Assembly: GCF_006345805.1 (NCBI RefSeq)
Contig: NC_043003.1
Span: 11,594,001-11,658,000, forward strand
DNA: 64,000 nt
DNA from: Octopus sinensis
Lineage: Eukaryota
Direction: 5' to 3'
The position numbers and the translations under genes were made by a program. How positions within the stretch are numbered: position 1 is the stretch's first letter; each line of letters opens with the position of its first letter. Under the pieces are notes generated by a model. That model was not told the origin of the DNA, ran no database searches, and saw only the letters and a program-made list of their open reading frames with translations. This document shows positions 1 to 11,886 of this stretch, piece after piece.

Positions 1-5
1 CTAAT

Positions 6-7
<2 letters not shown>

Positions 8-72
<65 letters not shown>
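8..72. repeat. (TA)n microsatellite, the internal tract of the adjacent S1 SINE
   Basis: Near-pure TA run directly read from the sequence. Confidence 0.95.
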
Positions 73-231
73 GATGGGCTTCTTTCAATTTCTACCAAAT
101 CTGCTCAAAAGGCTTTGGTTGGCCCAAGGCTATAGTAGAAAACGCTTGCCCAAGGTGTCACTTAGTAGGACAGAACCTGGAACCATGTAGTTGGAAAGCA
201 AACTTCTTACCACACAGCCACGCCTGTGCCT
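73..231 (-). mobile_element. tRNA-derived SINE family S1, 5' half
   Basis: Reverse complement of the S1 head and body seen full-length at 9136-9514 (tggctgtgtggtaagaag...ccttgggcaag...gaaagaagccc). Confidence 0.85.
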
Positions 232-956
232 TCAAATTGTCAATTGTATTTTTTTTTTAAAGACTGTACACCGTGTATAATTTTAGGAAGATTTGACTGC
301 TATCTTTTGCAAGTTGAACATTCACATAGAAGCTTCTGTCATTGGCTCAAAGAGTTGGGTGAGGTGATGAAATGGGATACCCATAAAACCCTCAGTCCAC
401 CCTGGCACCCTAATGCTTCTCAGCTTCATTAACAAGCTCTATTTTTAGACAGATCCCTCTTTAAGTCTCTATCTAGTCTTACTGCCATAGATATTCCATA
501 TTATATTTTTGTGTGTACTGCACACAGTCACAAAATTACTTGTTCTTGTGAGGCCCAAAATAACTAGCCCTTCCTTGCTTACACATAAACCATTGACCTT
601 TCAGTACAAGGCACAAACTTTGGGTGATGGAACCAATATTAAAATGAAGAACCTTGTTGTTTAATCATTAAAGTAAATTGCCTGGAATTCCCCAAATTTT
701 CATGTTGTGACCTTATAGTTTGAGAAACATTTTTTTCTTTTTCGTAGGGGCATTTTTATTATTGTTCTTGTACTTGTTGTTGTTGAAGTTTATGGAGCTT
801 TTATGTGATATGTTGTGGACACATTGACAAACATTTTAGGCTCTTTGGGAACTTTTTATTAAAATTATACCAGAGACACACATACGTACTTACGCGCACG
901 TATATACATTTATCATCATTGAGAAAATTAGTTTGTCTTGTAGCAATAATAGAATT

Positions 957-1030
957 GTTTCAAATTTTTGGCACAAGGCCAGCAATTTCGTATCTGGTGG
1001 GGCAAGTCGTTTGCATTGACCCCAGTACTT
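957..1030 (-). mobile_element. SINE S2 3' fragment
   Basis: tttcaaatttttggcacaaggccagcaattt is the reverse complement of the S2b tail (cf. 13145-13222, 40600-40648). Confidence 0.6.
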
Positions 1031-1282
1031 TGTGTGCATTAGTCTTATCTTGACTTCTTGTAAAGCTGTAAACAAGTGCCACTGTTATACAAGCAGTGTC
1101 CTTCACTTCCAGTGTTCCATGAAAGCATTTCTGGTTATGGGGAAGTTATTACCTTACTTGAAAACAGGTGACTGTTGGCAACAGGGAGAGCATCCAGCTG
1201 TAGAAAATCTGCCTCAGTAAAGTCTTTCCGACTCATACAAGCATGGAAAAGAAGACATTAAAATAATGATGATGATGATGAT
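1030..1282 (+). mobile_element. RTE-tail-like short retroposon (family R, variant R2)
   Basis: Contains agcatccagctgtagaa...gcatggaaaa...acattaaa and ends in (GAT)n; a sister copy lies at 18735-18930. Confidence 0.75.
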
Positions 1283-1294
1283 AGGATAATAACA

Positions 1295-1790
1295 TACCAG
1301 GCAGTGGCTCTTGTGGCTTTTGATCTTAACTGATTGAAAGTGTTATCATGTACATTGTTTTGTCTTTGTATAAAAAATGGGCTACAGCAATATTCTGCTC
1401 AATACAGCCCTTAGTGGCTGCTGATATGTGCATCTCTCATCATGAACAGAAGTAGTGGGAGAACATCATAGCTATGTGTTGAAAGGAATTCTTGGAGATT
1501 TGGATAATTCACCTCTGGAAGCATGGGTGTTTCGTTTAACATCCTTAACTCTTATATTAAGGGACCCTTTGAGTGGGATGGGCTACTTGACCAGAAGAAA
1601 ATTCTAACTGGGCTCCACCTGCAAGGTCATGTGCTATTTAACTTGATATGCGATCACTATGTTGCGCATATATGGTTGTGATGCATGTGCCTGATGTACC
1701 CTTATCAGATGGGTAGTCATGATGGGTATATTGGGCTTCATATATTTTACCCTAGTGTCATCCGCTGCTCTCTCACTCAATAATGATAAT
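1295..1790 (+). mobile_element. Unclassified ~500-bp non-coding repeat (family F) ending in (AAT)n
   Basis: Aligns end-to-end with 17000-17654 (accaggcagtggc...ctctc(a/g)ctcaataat). No ORF. Confidence 0.8.
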
Positions 1791-2269
1791 CTTCTGTTCT
1801 CTTTCTCCTATCTCCCACTCTCTCCTTTCTTTTCCTCCTCCAATTATGGTTAAAAGAATCAGGTGGGAACTCCCAGAGAAAAGTTCAGTCATTTCTACAC
1901 AATATCCCTGGCCTCCTCCATGATGTTTCACAGACAAACAGACAGACATCTGACACTGGAGAGAGAACAAGTCACCTTATCAACTCCTCTTCTTCTTCTT
2001 CTCTCTCCATTTCCTCTTTTAAAAGTCTGCCTCATTTGTTTTTATTTAACATCTTTATACCTCTTCTTTTTCGTTTTCTTTATTTTACATTACTTTTATC
2101 ATATTTTTCTTTTTGTTCCATCTTTGTGTCCCCCCCCCTTTTTTTACTTGTTTATTTTGTTTCTCTTTTGGTTTTTCTTTACTTTCACCATGTGTGAGTG
2201 AGAGAGAGAGAGAGAGAGTCTGTGTCTTTCTGTCTCTCACCTTTCCCCTATCTTCAATTAGAACTGTCT

Positions 2270-2555
2270 ACCATCACCACAACTACTACAGTCACCACCA
2301 CAACTACTACTATCACCACCACCACCGTCACTAACATCACTACTACCACCACCACCACCACCACTAATACTACTACCGCCACCACTACAACTACTACTAC
2401 CACCACCACCACACTACTACAACTACTATCACCACCACTACTACCACCACCACTGCTACCAGTACCACCACCACTACTACTACTAATACTACTACCGCCG
2501 CCGCCGCCACCACCACTACCACTGATGCCGCCACCACTGCCACTACTACTAGTAT
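2270..2555. repeat. (ACC/ACT/GCC)n trinucleotide low-complexity array
   Basis: Direct reading; produces the poly-T/poly-P/poly-H ORFs in the track. Confidence 0.9.
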
Positions 2556-2792
2556 GGCTACTGTTTCCTTGAGATCTGGAACTATTTAGTAAGTTTACTT
2601 CTGGAAGGTTCTGAACTTTGCTTAGCTATCTTCTGACAGCAGATGTAATTTAACTTGGCTCTTCACTTTGAAGTCACTTGCTTTCAGAACTAGTCAATAA
2701 AATAACTTCCCAAATAAGCCGCTGCTCTCTCTTTGCCTTAAACGCCCTCCTCCTACCGCTCCTCTTTTCCGGTCGCATTTCATTTCATTTGC

Positions 2793-2826
<34 letters not shown>

Positions 2827-3055
2827 GGCTGTTGTCTTTTACTTACCATAATGTAATTATCAAACAGTTCGGTATTGTTACATCATATTTCCTTGCTTCC
2901 TTTTGAAGTATGAAATTGTGTGTGTGTATGTGTGTGTATATGTCTGTGTGTGGGTGTGTTTGTGTATGATTGTGTGTATGTGTTGATAAAGGAGAATTTA
3001 TAGACTAGCAGTGATCTTGGCAGTGGGTCTCTCTGTCTGTCTGTCTGTCTGTCTG

Positions 3056-3094
<39 letters not shown>

Positions 3095-3179
3095 CGCACA
3101 ACATAATGTACAAAGAAAGCCACCAGCCAGTAGCCTTTGGGTAAAATAAGCCCCACAGGACATCACTGCCATGACATTC

Positions 3180-3352
3180 CCCCCGGACTGGATGCTAGGC
3201 TGTTGCAGTTTTGCTCTTTTACAGCTGAGTGGACTGGGGCAACATGAAATTAAGTATTTTGTTCAAAAACGCGATGCTCTGCCTGGTCCAGGAATTGAAA
3301 CCAGAATCTTGCAATCATAAGTAAAACACCCTTACCACTTGGCCAAGTGCAC
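3180..3352 (-). mobile_element. SINE S3-related copy, degenerate
   Basis: Reverse complement gives a tRNA-like head (ttggccaagtgg...ggtttcaattcc) and the central ttgccccagtccactcagctg motif shared with 12875. Confidence 0.7.
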
Positions 3353-3479
3353 TTAACCCTTTAAAATGTCAATTAATTGAAAAACTTTGTTTTGCATACT
3401 TCTTCACATTTGCACACGTACCCCCACCCCTTCCGCCTTGTTTCACACGTTATGACAATTCTTGTACTACATGCACACA

Positions 3480-3690
3480 CTGACACACACTCACACTCAG
3501 ACACACACTCACACTCAGACACACACTCTCATTCAGGCACCCTTACACTCAGACACACACTCTCATTCAGGCACATTTACACTCAGACACACACTCTCAT
3601 TCAGGCACACTTACACTCAGACACACTCTCATTCAGGCACACTTACACTCATACTCAGACACACAAGCATTCATACTCAGGCACACACTC
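3480..3690. repeat. CA-derived minisatellite, 34-bp unit x4 preceded by 18-bp units
   Basis: Units actcagacacacactctcattcaggcac(a/c)(c/t)ttac start at 3513, 3547, 3581 and 3615. Confidence 0.9.
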
Positions 3691-3749
3691 ACTCTATGTA
3701 CAATAGATACTCCACTAATATCCCATGAGTCTTTGTGTGTGTGTGTGTG

Positions 3750-3950
3750 TGTGTGTTAGATTTATCCATCAGCCACTGTTTGACAACTATTGTTGGTTTG
3801 TTATATCCCACTAACTTAGTGGTTTAACAAAGCGACTGATAAAATAGCAACCAGACTTAACTACAAAATGACTACTCTGGTTGATTTGTCTAACCAAACC
3901 CTTTAGCATGGCTGCCATCCAATGATTGAAACCAGTAAAGGATGAAAGAA
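3750..3950 (+). mobile_element. SINE S1-related 3' half, diverged
   Basis: tttgacaac...taacttagtggttt...aatgattgaaaccagtaaa matches the S1 3' end. Confidence 0.65.
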
Positions 3951-4399
3951 ACAGCTCACTGGAAACACATGCTTACATTCTTAAGCACACACACAACTTG
4001 CACAAATGTTTTTGATTTCCCAGATAAAGAGCCAGGAAGGCATGGCACTACAATAGCCTTAGTTTTAAAAATATTTGGCCTCTAAAATAAAGGATTTGTG
4101 TGTGTGTGTGTGTGAGAGAGAGAGAAGGGGAGAGAGAGAAAGAGAGAGACTTGTGAATTCAGTTTCTGGTTGCTATGCAACAAAAGGAGTACTGTGATAA
4201 GAAAACCACTAAGTAAATTTTAGTTCTTTTTCTTATTGTGGTTGTTGTTGTTGTTGTTATTTAACTGCAGATCAGCCCTAAATTAGCGGGTCTATGACCA
4301 AAGACATTCTGGCCATGACCTTCATGTTTTAAGAGAATACTGTTTCATTGAGCTGCTGTGTGTGTTAATTAAGAACAATTATAGACCAGCAGTGATCAA

Positions 4400-4717
4400 G
4401 GCGGAGGTGCAATGGCCCAGTGGTTAGGGCAGCGGACTCGCAGTCGGAGGATCGCGGTTTCGATTCCCAGACCAGGCGTTGTGATTGTTTATTGAACGAA
4501 AGCACCTAAAAGCTCCACGAGGCTCCGGCAGGGGGTGGTGGCAACTCCTGCTGTACTCTTTTGCCCCAACTTTCTCTCACTCTTTCTTCCTGTTTCTTGA
4601 GTAACGCTGCGATGGACTGGCGTCCTGCCCAGCTAGGGGGAACACATACGCCACAGAAACCAGGAAACTGGGCCCATGAGCCTGGCTAGGCTTGAAAAGG
4701 GCGCATAAATAAATAAA
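4400..4717 (+). mobile_element. tRNA-derived SINE S3, full length, with TSD agtgatca
   Basis: A-box tggcccagtgg, B-box ggtttcgattccc, A-rich tail; agtgatca at 4391-4398 and 4718-4725. Confidence 0.9.
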
Positions 4718-5201
4718 AGTGATCATGGTAGCAGGGGTCTTATCTCCCTCTCTCTTTTATGGCATAATATATTAAGAAAGGCACCAGCCTGTAGCCGTTA
4801 AGTAAAAAAAAGTAAGACCCTTGACATTACTGTCTTCAGTCCTGGGGGCTCATAGGCCAATTACCTAGTTTCCATGGCATATAAGTTCTTCTGGTCAAAT
4901 ACCCAGGTAGAGCTTGCCTCATTAACTCATAGGGGTACTTGTTATTGTTGTTGATGTTGGTTACATTTCAATCCTTAACCTTATGAAATGTGTTGTCAAT
5001 CACATTACAAGAATGGTGTTCTTCAATTCCATTTCCATACTTTTTCTCTTCCTGCTTTTATAGTTCTAACAAATTACTAAACGTTAGGTGGATAATTATA
5101 GGAAACATACTAAAACAAGTCGTCTTCGCTTTTAGAAGAGACAAAGTTCTTAAGTGCTACTAAGAATGGAAAGGCTATATTTATGTTTTTGCATTATTAA
5201 T

Positions 5202-5645
5202 GTTGGCGCTTTACATTCTAAGTTCAAATGTCACCAAGGTTGACTTAGCCCTGCACCTGTTCAGGGTTGACAAAATAAGTATCAACGTTGGCTTCTTACA
5301 TTCTGAGTTCAAATGTCACCATGATCAACTTTGCCCTTCACCTGTTGAGGGCTGTTGAGCGTTGACAAAGTAAGCATCAACATTGGCTCTTTACACTCTC
5401 AGTTCAAATGTCACCAAGGTTGACTTTGCCGTTCACCCGTTCAGGGTTGACAAAATAAGTATCAGCGTTGGCTCTTTCCATTCTGAGTTCAAATGTCACC
5501 AAGGTGGACTTTGCCCTTCACCGTTTCAGGGTTGACTAAATAGGTAATCAGTTGAGCACTGGGTGGGGCTGAGGGGTTAGTCAATTACCTTACCCCCCCA
5601 CTTCTGCACAAACTATCAGGCCTTGTGCCTATAATAGAAGGGATT
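5202..5645 (+). mobile_element. SINE S2 with its B-box-containing core tandemly amplified x4
   Basis: ~85-95-bp units start at 5202, 5287, 5382 and 5467, followed by a normal S2b tail. Confidence 0.85.
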
Positions 5646-5979
5646 ATTATTATTATTATTATTACTGTAGTATAAAAAGGTATTATAAAAAGAGAAAGGG
5701 GCTCTCTACCACCCTTTTGACCAGGCTCCCGTGACTTTTATGGGTTTTTCCACCAGTAACCTTTCAAAGCGCCTCCCCCTATTGGGAATTTCAATTGTTA
5801 TATTTTCGTTGTCATCTCTGGAATTTTTACATGGTTTTTTGCAACGGACAAAACCCTTTGTAACTTTCGTCCTGTGTTTTGTCCCTTTATGTTTTAATTA
5901 ATTTTTGTCAGCCCTTGTGGCCAATAAACGAATGAATTATTATTATCATTATGTTCATTTTTATCATTATTATTGCTGC

Positions 5980-6202
5980 AAGGTGACAAGCTGGTAGAAT
6001 CGTTAGCACTCTGGACAAAATGCTTAACAATATTTTGCCCAATGCTGTGTTCTGAGTTCAAATTCTGCCAAGGTCGACTTTGCCTTTCATCCTTTCAGCG
6101 TCAATAAATTAAGTACTAGTGAAACACTGGGGTTGATGTAATCGACTATCCCTCCACCCACCCCCAAATTTCAGGCCCTCTGTCTTTAGTAGAAAGGGTT
6201 AT
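5980..6202 (+). mobile_element. tRNA-derived SINE S2 (S2b tail)
   Basis: gctggtagaatcgttagc...gagttcaaattc...gtcgactttgcctttcatcc...gtagaaagg. Confidence 0.9.
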
Positions 6203-6344
6203 TGTTATTTTAATTATTATTATCAATATTGCTGTTTCTACCATTAGAAACATATGTACTAGTTCTAGTCTCATCTCTTCAGGGGATGAGATTATTTTGG
6301 TGGTTTCACTACTTCAGGAACTTGAACTTCCATTTATTTTTGTT

Positions 6345-6376
<32 letters not shown>

Positions 6377-7604
6377 AGAGAGAGGTGGGGGTAATGTCTG
6401 CCTAAATATGCTTATCGTAGTATGAGGTTAAGTGTTTTGAAAGACTGGTAAATGCAGAATATGTAAGTTATATTTGGATTGTAAGTGTATTTGTGTGTGT
6501 GTCTGTGTGTGTGTGTGTGTGTTTGAATCTAAAAATCAAGTGAAATTCAACCAGTTTAATTTGCTGTTGAGTTTTCGGTCTTGTTTACTTCATGTTTCTT
6601 AATCTCAAAGACAAAAGACCTTCAATTAAAAGCAAGAATTTATTTTGGCACCAAAACTCAAATTTTATTTTCTGAATTTAAACATGTGTATATTTCTTTT
6701 CTTTTCTTTTTTTTTTCTTTATCATTCTTCTCTTTTCATTCCTTTCAACTTCCTATGTTTTTCTTTTCTCTTTTCTTTTTTTTTTTCCTCTTCTAATTTT
6801 TTATCTCAAGTAGTAGAGAAAGGAAGAACAAAAGAGGAATTACTACTGCAAAACTTCTGTTCCTTGTGTTGTTGAATTTCAATAATTATACATTTTCTTC
6901 TGTCTTTGAACTGAGAAGGTTTTCCATTCTCTTCTCTTCCACCCTCTTCTTCTATTCTCAAACCCACTCCTGCCTCAGAATTTCATTTTTCTTGTTCTTG
7001 TTTTGCTTTTTGTCTTCCTTTGATCTTGATAGAAACTTGCTGAAAATGTGCTTTTGGATACATTTTATGGACCCCTCCTTTGTTATGGATACTGTTGCTG
7101 GATGGCGCTTTCTTTTAGTGTCTCTGGCATCATTGTAGCTGTTGCCATGCCTTTCTCAAAAGATACCCACAATAGACTTCTTGGCAACATTGTCTCACTA
7201 TTTTATTGCATTCATATGCTAATAATAATGTCTTTCTAATTGAGGCCCCACCTTCTCTACCCCCAACGCTATCCCTTCCTCCTCACTTTCTTCCTTTGCT
7301 CCATCCTATTTTTTCTCTACTTCTCTGATTAAAGGTGATTAATAAATCACTTCATCTCTCTTTAAAACCATTGAGAAGAGCATTGTTTCAGGTTTCACAG
7401 GATGCATGTTTTTCCTTCTGAATACATGGACAGATCTTTTACTCCTTTACTGGTTCCAGCATCACTTACCTTAGATATATTCTTTATATTCATTATTTAC
7501 CAATCATAATATTACAACAGGAAAGTGTGCCCCTACCACTCCTGTTTTAATTACTTTTATATCATAAAAAAAAAAATCGTTTGAGGTTGAACCGAAATTT
7601 ATCT

Positions 7605-8309
7605 TTAACATGTTTCAATTATTGTACGGCGACCATGCTGGGGCACTCACTACCTTTTGGAGGGTTTAGTTGTAAAAATTGGCCCCTGTACTTATTTTTT
7701 TAAAAGATTGGTACTTGTTCTTTTAGTCTCTTTTGCTATGTTATGTGACCATAAACAAACCAGCAATGGTTATCAAGCAATGTAGTGGGGTATACACATG
7801 TACACGTGCGGCACCTTGGGCAAGTCTCTTGGGTTGACCAAAGCCTTGTGAGTGGATTTGGTAGACAGAAACTGAAAGAAGCCCATCATGTATATGTATA
7901 AGTGTGTGTTTGTATGTATGTGTGTGTGTGTTTCTGTGTTTGTCCCCCTTCCATCACTTGACAACTGATGCTGATGTGTTTATGTCCCTGTAACTTAGGA
8001 GTTTGACAAAAAAGACCGATAGAGTAAATATGAGGCTTACAAAGAATAAGTCCTGGGGTCAATTTCTTCGACTATAATCCTTTAAGGCAGGCAGTGCTCC
8101 AGCATTGCCACAGTAACTGAAACATGTAAAAGAATATATGTATATACCATGGGCTTCCATACAGTTTCTGCCTACCAAATTCACTCTCGACGTATTAGTC
8201 AGTCCAGGGCTATACTAGAAGACACTTGCCCAAGGTGTCACGTGTGGGACTGAACCTGAAACCATGTGGTGCAAAGAAAGCTTCTTAACCATGCAGCCAT
8301 GCCCTGTGC
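7605..8309 (-). mobile_element. SINE S1 split by an oppositely oriented S1 insertion
   Basis: The 3' half lies at 7605-7775 and the 5' half at 8134-8309, both on the minus strand. Confidence 0.75.
7805..8133 (+). mobile_element. SINE S1, 5'-truncated
   Basis: ggcaccttgggcaag...taactgaaacatgtaaaaga matches the S1 consensus. Confidence 0.85.
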
Positions 8310-9135
8310 CATATGTGACATTTTGTATCGTGACTGAAATATCTTCTTTGATTTTTTTTTTTTTTTCAAAATATTTGTTGTCGTTTAACCACAGGTTTCT
8401 CTTGATTTTATCATTCTATAAACAGAGCCATGCAAGTTGTGGCCATCTCAATCTTTATTTAAAGTATAGAACATCCATAACTACATTATTCAGGATTCAT
8501 GTATCTCCTTCAATTTTTAAGATGGTACTGTTGATTTCGAGGGAGATCTAGTTGCTATTTTTAACATATCAAGCAACCATGATTCTAGCCTCTACCAATT
8601 TAGAATTTAGATTTTATAAATATATATATATATTATAACCATTACGTTTTTATGATTTAAAAAATAAAAATACTTGTTTTCCTAAGCTAAAACCGTTTTT
8701 AATTATAAATTTTATTTTAAATTTATTAGAAAAAGAATAAAATTTTCTACATTTTGATTTCATAAATTGTCTTTTATAACTGTTTTAAATTAATTTAGTC
8801 TTCTATTAGAAACTATTGAGTCTTTATGTCAATTATAGTTCTAGCTTTGAAATAGCTTGTTTTGGAGTTCCTGTTGGAATAAATTCTACAAATAATGGTA
8901 AAGTTGGTGATTTTGAGTTGCTATTGTAAATTTTCCATTGTTTAAGAAGTTTCTTTTTGTTTTTTGTTTTATGTAATTACTATATAAATAAGAGTTAAAA
9001 GTAATTAAAAAGTTGAGCTTCAGTATTGCCCCCCCACCCCTCTCTATCAGTAGCATATTTGATGGCATATAAGATGCATGGCCATACCTGATGCACCTCA
9101 ATTGCAGCAATGTATTTTCATGAAAAAAGATTTAT

Positions 9136-9514
9136 AGGCGCAGGAGTGGCTGTATGGTAAGTAGCTTGCTTACCAACCACATGGCTCTGAGTTCAGTCCC
9201 ACTGCATGGCACCATGGGCAAGTGTCTTCTACTATAGCCTCAGGTCAACCAAAGCCTTGTGAGTGGATTTCGTAGAAGGAAGCTGAGAGAAGCCCATCAT
9301 ATGTGTGTGTGTGTTTGTGTGTCTGTTTTTCTCCCCAGCATCTCTTGACAAATGATGCTGGTGTGTTTACGTCCCCGTAACTTAGCGGTTTGGCAAAAGA
9401 GAGCAATAGAATAAGTACTAAGCTTACAAAGAATAAGTCTTGGGGTCGATTTGCTCGACTAAAGGTGGTACTCCAGTATGGCCACAGTCAAATGACTGAA
9501 ACAATTAAAAAGAG
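9136..9514 (+). mobile_element. tRNA-derived SINE S1, full length (reference copy)
   Basis: A-box-like tggctgtatgg, B-box-like gttcagtccc, internal (TG)n, 3' end aatgactgaaacaa...aaaaga. Confidence 0.92.
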
Positions 9515-9550
9515 TATAGTGCATTAAATTATGGAATATTTAAATTAACT

Positions 9551-9770
9551 AAGGCGACAAGCTGGCAGAAACATTAACATGCCAAGCAAAATACTTAGTG
9601 GTATTTCATCCATCTTTATGTTCTGAGCTCAAATTCCACCATGGTTGACTTTGCTTTTCATCCTTTCGGGGTTGATAAATTAAGTACAAGTTGCGTTCTA
9701 GGGTCAATCTAATCGACTGGTTCTCTCCCACCAAATTTTGTGCCTTGTGCCTAGAGTTGAAAGGAATATT
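9551..9770 (+). mobile_element. SINE S2 (S2b)
   Basis: aggcgacaagctggcagaaac...gagctcaaattcc; collinear with 5980-6202. Confidence 0.88.
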
Positions 9771-9867
9771 TAAAGTAACTTTCTAGGTGGTGCACTGGCA
9801 GAAACGTTAACAGTTTTATCTCTGAGAAGAGGTGGCCCATATTAATTTTGACAGAAGCTGACCAGAC

Positions 9868-10200
9868 AGAAGGCTGCATGATATTTCTTGTGTCTGTTTT
9901 GGTCCAGTTTTTATGGCTAGATGCCCTTCCTAACACCAACCACTCACATAGAGTGGGCAACTGAGTGCTTTTTATGTGGCTCCAGCACAGACGAGGTCAG
10001 TTTCGGCATAGTTTCTACAACTGGATGCCCTTCCAAATGCCAATTGCTTTACAGTGAGGACTGAATGCTTTTTGAGTGGCACCAGCACTGGTAGGATCAC
10101 CAAGTGACTTGCAAGACAAGGAGTCTTTGAGAGGGGGAAGGACATTGGAGAAGGTGACTTTGTGTCCGATGGTAAATGGTTAGAGTGAGACAGAGACATG
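9868..10200 (-). mobile_element. Family R degenerate fragments (two partial units)
   Basis: Two copies of (c/g)tagatgcccttcc/ctggatgcccttcc motifs. Confidence 0.65.
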
Positions 10201-10202
10201 AT

Positions 10203-10520
10203 GATGATCATCATCATCGTTTAACGTCTGTTTTCCATGCTAGCATGGGTTGGACAGTTTGACCGGGATCTGGGAAGCCAGGAGGTTGCACCAGGCTCCA
10301 GTCTGATCTGGCAGTGTTTCTACAGTTGGATGCCCTTCCTAACACCAACCACTCCTTGAGTGTAGTGGGTGCTTTTTTTACGTGCCACTGGCACAGGGGC
10401 CAGAGGTGGCTGGCATCAACCACGATCAGATGGTGCTGTCTATGTGCCACCGGCACAGAAGCCAATCAAGGCAGCACTGGCATCGGCCCACATTCAGATG
10501 GTGCTTTTTACATGCCTACA
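10203..10520 (-). mobile_element. RTE-tail-like retroposon R1
   Basis: catcatcatcgtttaacgtc...ctacagttggatgcccttcctaac...gtgccaccggcac sub-repeats. Confidence 0.88.
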
Positions 10521-11477
10521 TTTGACAAAAGTAATTCAGATGTTGAAGTGGGGAAAGTAACTTTGCATACATGACCCAAGGTGATTCTAAGTCCTGTTCA
10601 CCTTGGCTATAGGATCATCTACTAATTGACCCATAATTAGGGCCCTTGACTGGCATGCCACTCTCGGTTGGAACAGATTGTGGTATAAGGGTGACTGAGT
10701 GGGGTAGCTTCATATTCCCTAAAATTCTTGAGCTCTCAAGCTAGAGCCTCATCACCAGATGGAGTTTGAGGTCTTAGTTTTGGTGGCTATCATTTTATTA
10801 ATGGGAAAATAAAATAATTTGGGGAACAGGTAAACAAAACCATCTCAAATATAAAAGAAAAAAAGAAAACAAAAACAATTCTCAAAATGAAAGAAAACAA
10901 CAAAAAAAAAAAAAAGGAGTGATGTGTGGGGGTCTAAATTTTTATAACTCAAGTGCTAAATAACAACCATTATATGGTAATTGAACATGAAAGGAAATAA
11001 GCAAAAAAGACATTTCAAAGTTAAAAGAACATTTTCAGAAAGGAAATTTTGTTTATCTTAGCAAAAAAAAAAAATCCTGTAAATGTATTTTAGATTTTTT
11101 TTTTATGTGAGTGTTTGCTCTGAAGATTCACTTTCTTTTAGAATTTTGTTATGCCACTCTGTGGTTTATTTTTTTGTTTTTGTTTTTGTGCAGATGTCTG
11201 TTTTTTTTTGTGTGTGATGTTGGCATTTTTAAGTATATGCTTTTGCATAACTCATTGCATAGAGAAACCTTTTAAAATAGAGGCCAAAAAAAAAATAACC
11301 CATCTTGTATTAATGCACAATTGAGCTTTTATGAGTTTTACAGTCAAGACATCTCTTTAATCATTTTGTTTCCATCAATTTGTATTGGAACAAATTGTTG
11401 CAACTCAGCTTTTGGAATCAACGACCTCCCCCCACCCACACTTGCAGTCAGTAATTTCTGGAAAATTCTCAGTTTGT

Positions 11478-11704
11478 CCCTTTAACAATTACATTAACTC
11501 TATCAAAACTAATTCTTATCTATTCACATTGTTTTGAATTAATCATGCATTATCTTGTAGTATCGAGATTTCAATGATGTGATTGTTTTATTTTTAGGCT
11601 AATATTGTAGGGTAGGTGTGAGAGACCTGATCTTGTAGGCTTAAACATAGAACAAGTTGAATATCTGGACCTCTAGATATGACGAGTTTAAATACTGAAG
11701 AGTT
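11478..11704 (+). mobile_element. piggyBac-type MITE family A, degenerate termini
   Basis: Internal sequence collinear with 25072-25299 and 33357-33580. Confidence 0.75.
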
Positions 11705-11737
11705 TTTTTTTTTTTTTTTTTGATTTTTGATTTTTTT

Positions 11738-11885
11738 TTTTACTTGTTTCAGTCATTTGACTGCGGCCATGCTTGAGCACCGCCTTTAATCGAACAAATA
11801 GACCTCAGGACTTATTCTTTGTAAGCCTAGTACTTATACTATCGGTCTCTTTTGCTGAACTGCTAAGATCGGTTGTCAAGCAATA
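11738..11885 (-). mobile_element. SINE S1 3' half
   Basis: tacttgtttcagtcatttgactgcggccatgc, preceded by poly-T. Confidence 0.85.
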
Positions 11886-11886
11886 G

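Noticed and set aside
4400-4475. tRNA-like sequence (also 12875-12945, 9136-9210, 50206-50295) as tRNA genes
   Set aside because: A- and B-boxes are present, but there is no complete acceptor stem or cloverleaf. They continue into SINE bodies with tails and TSDs.
3513-5560. Regularly spaced 34-bp and ~85-bp repeats as a possible CRISPR array
   Set aside because: The units are contiguous with no unique spacers, derive from (CA)n or a SINE, there are no cas genes, and the context is eukaryotic.
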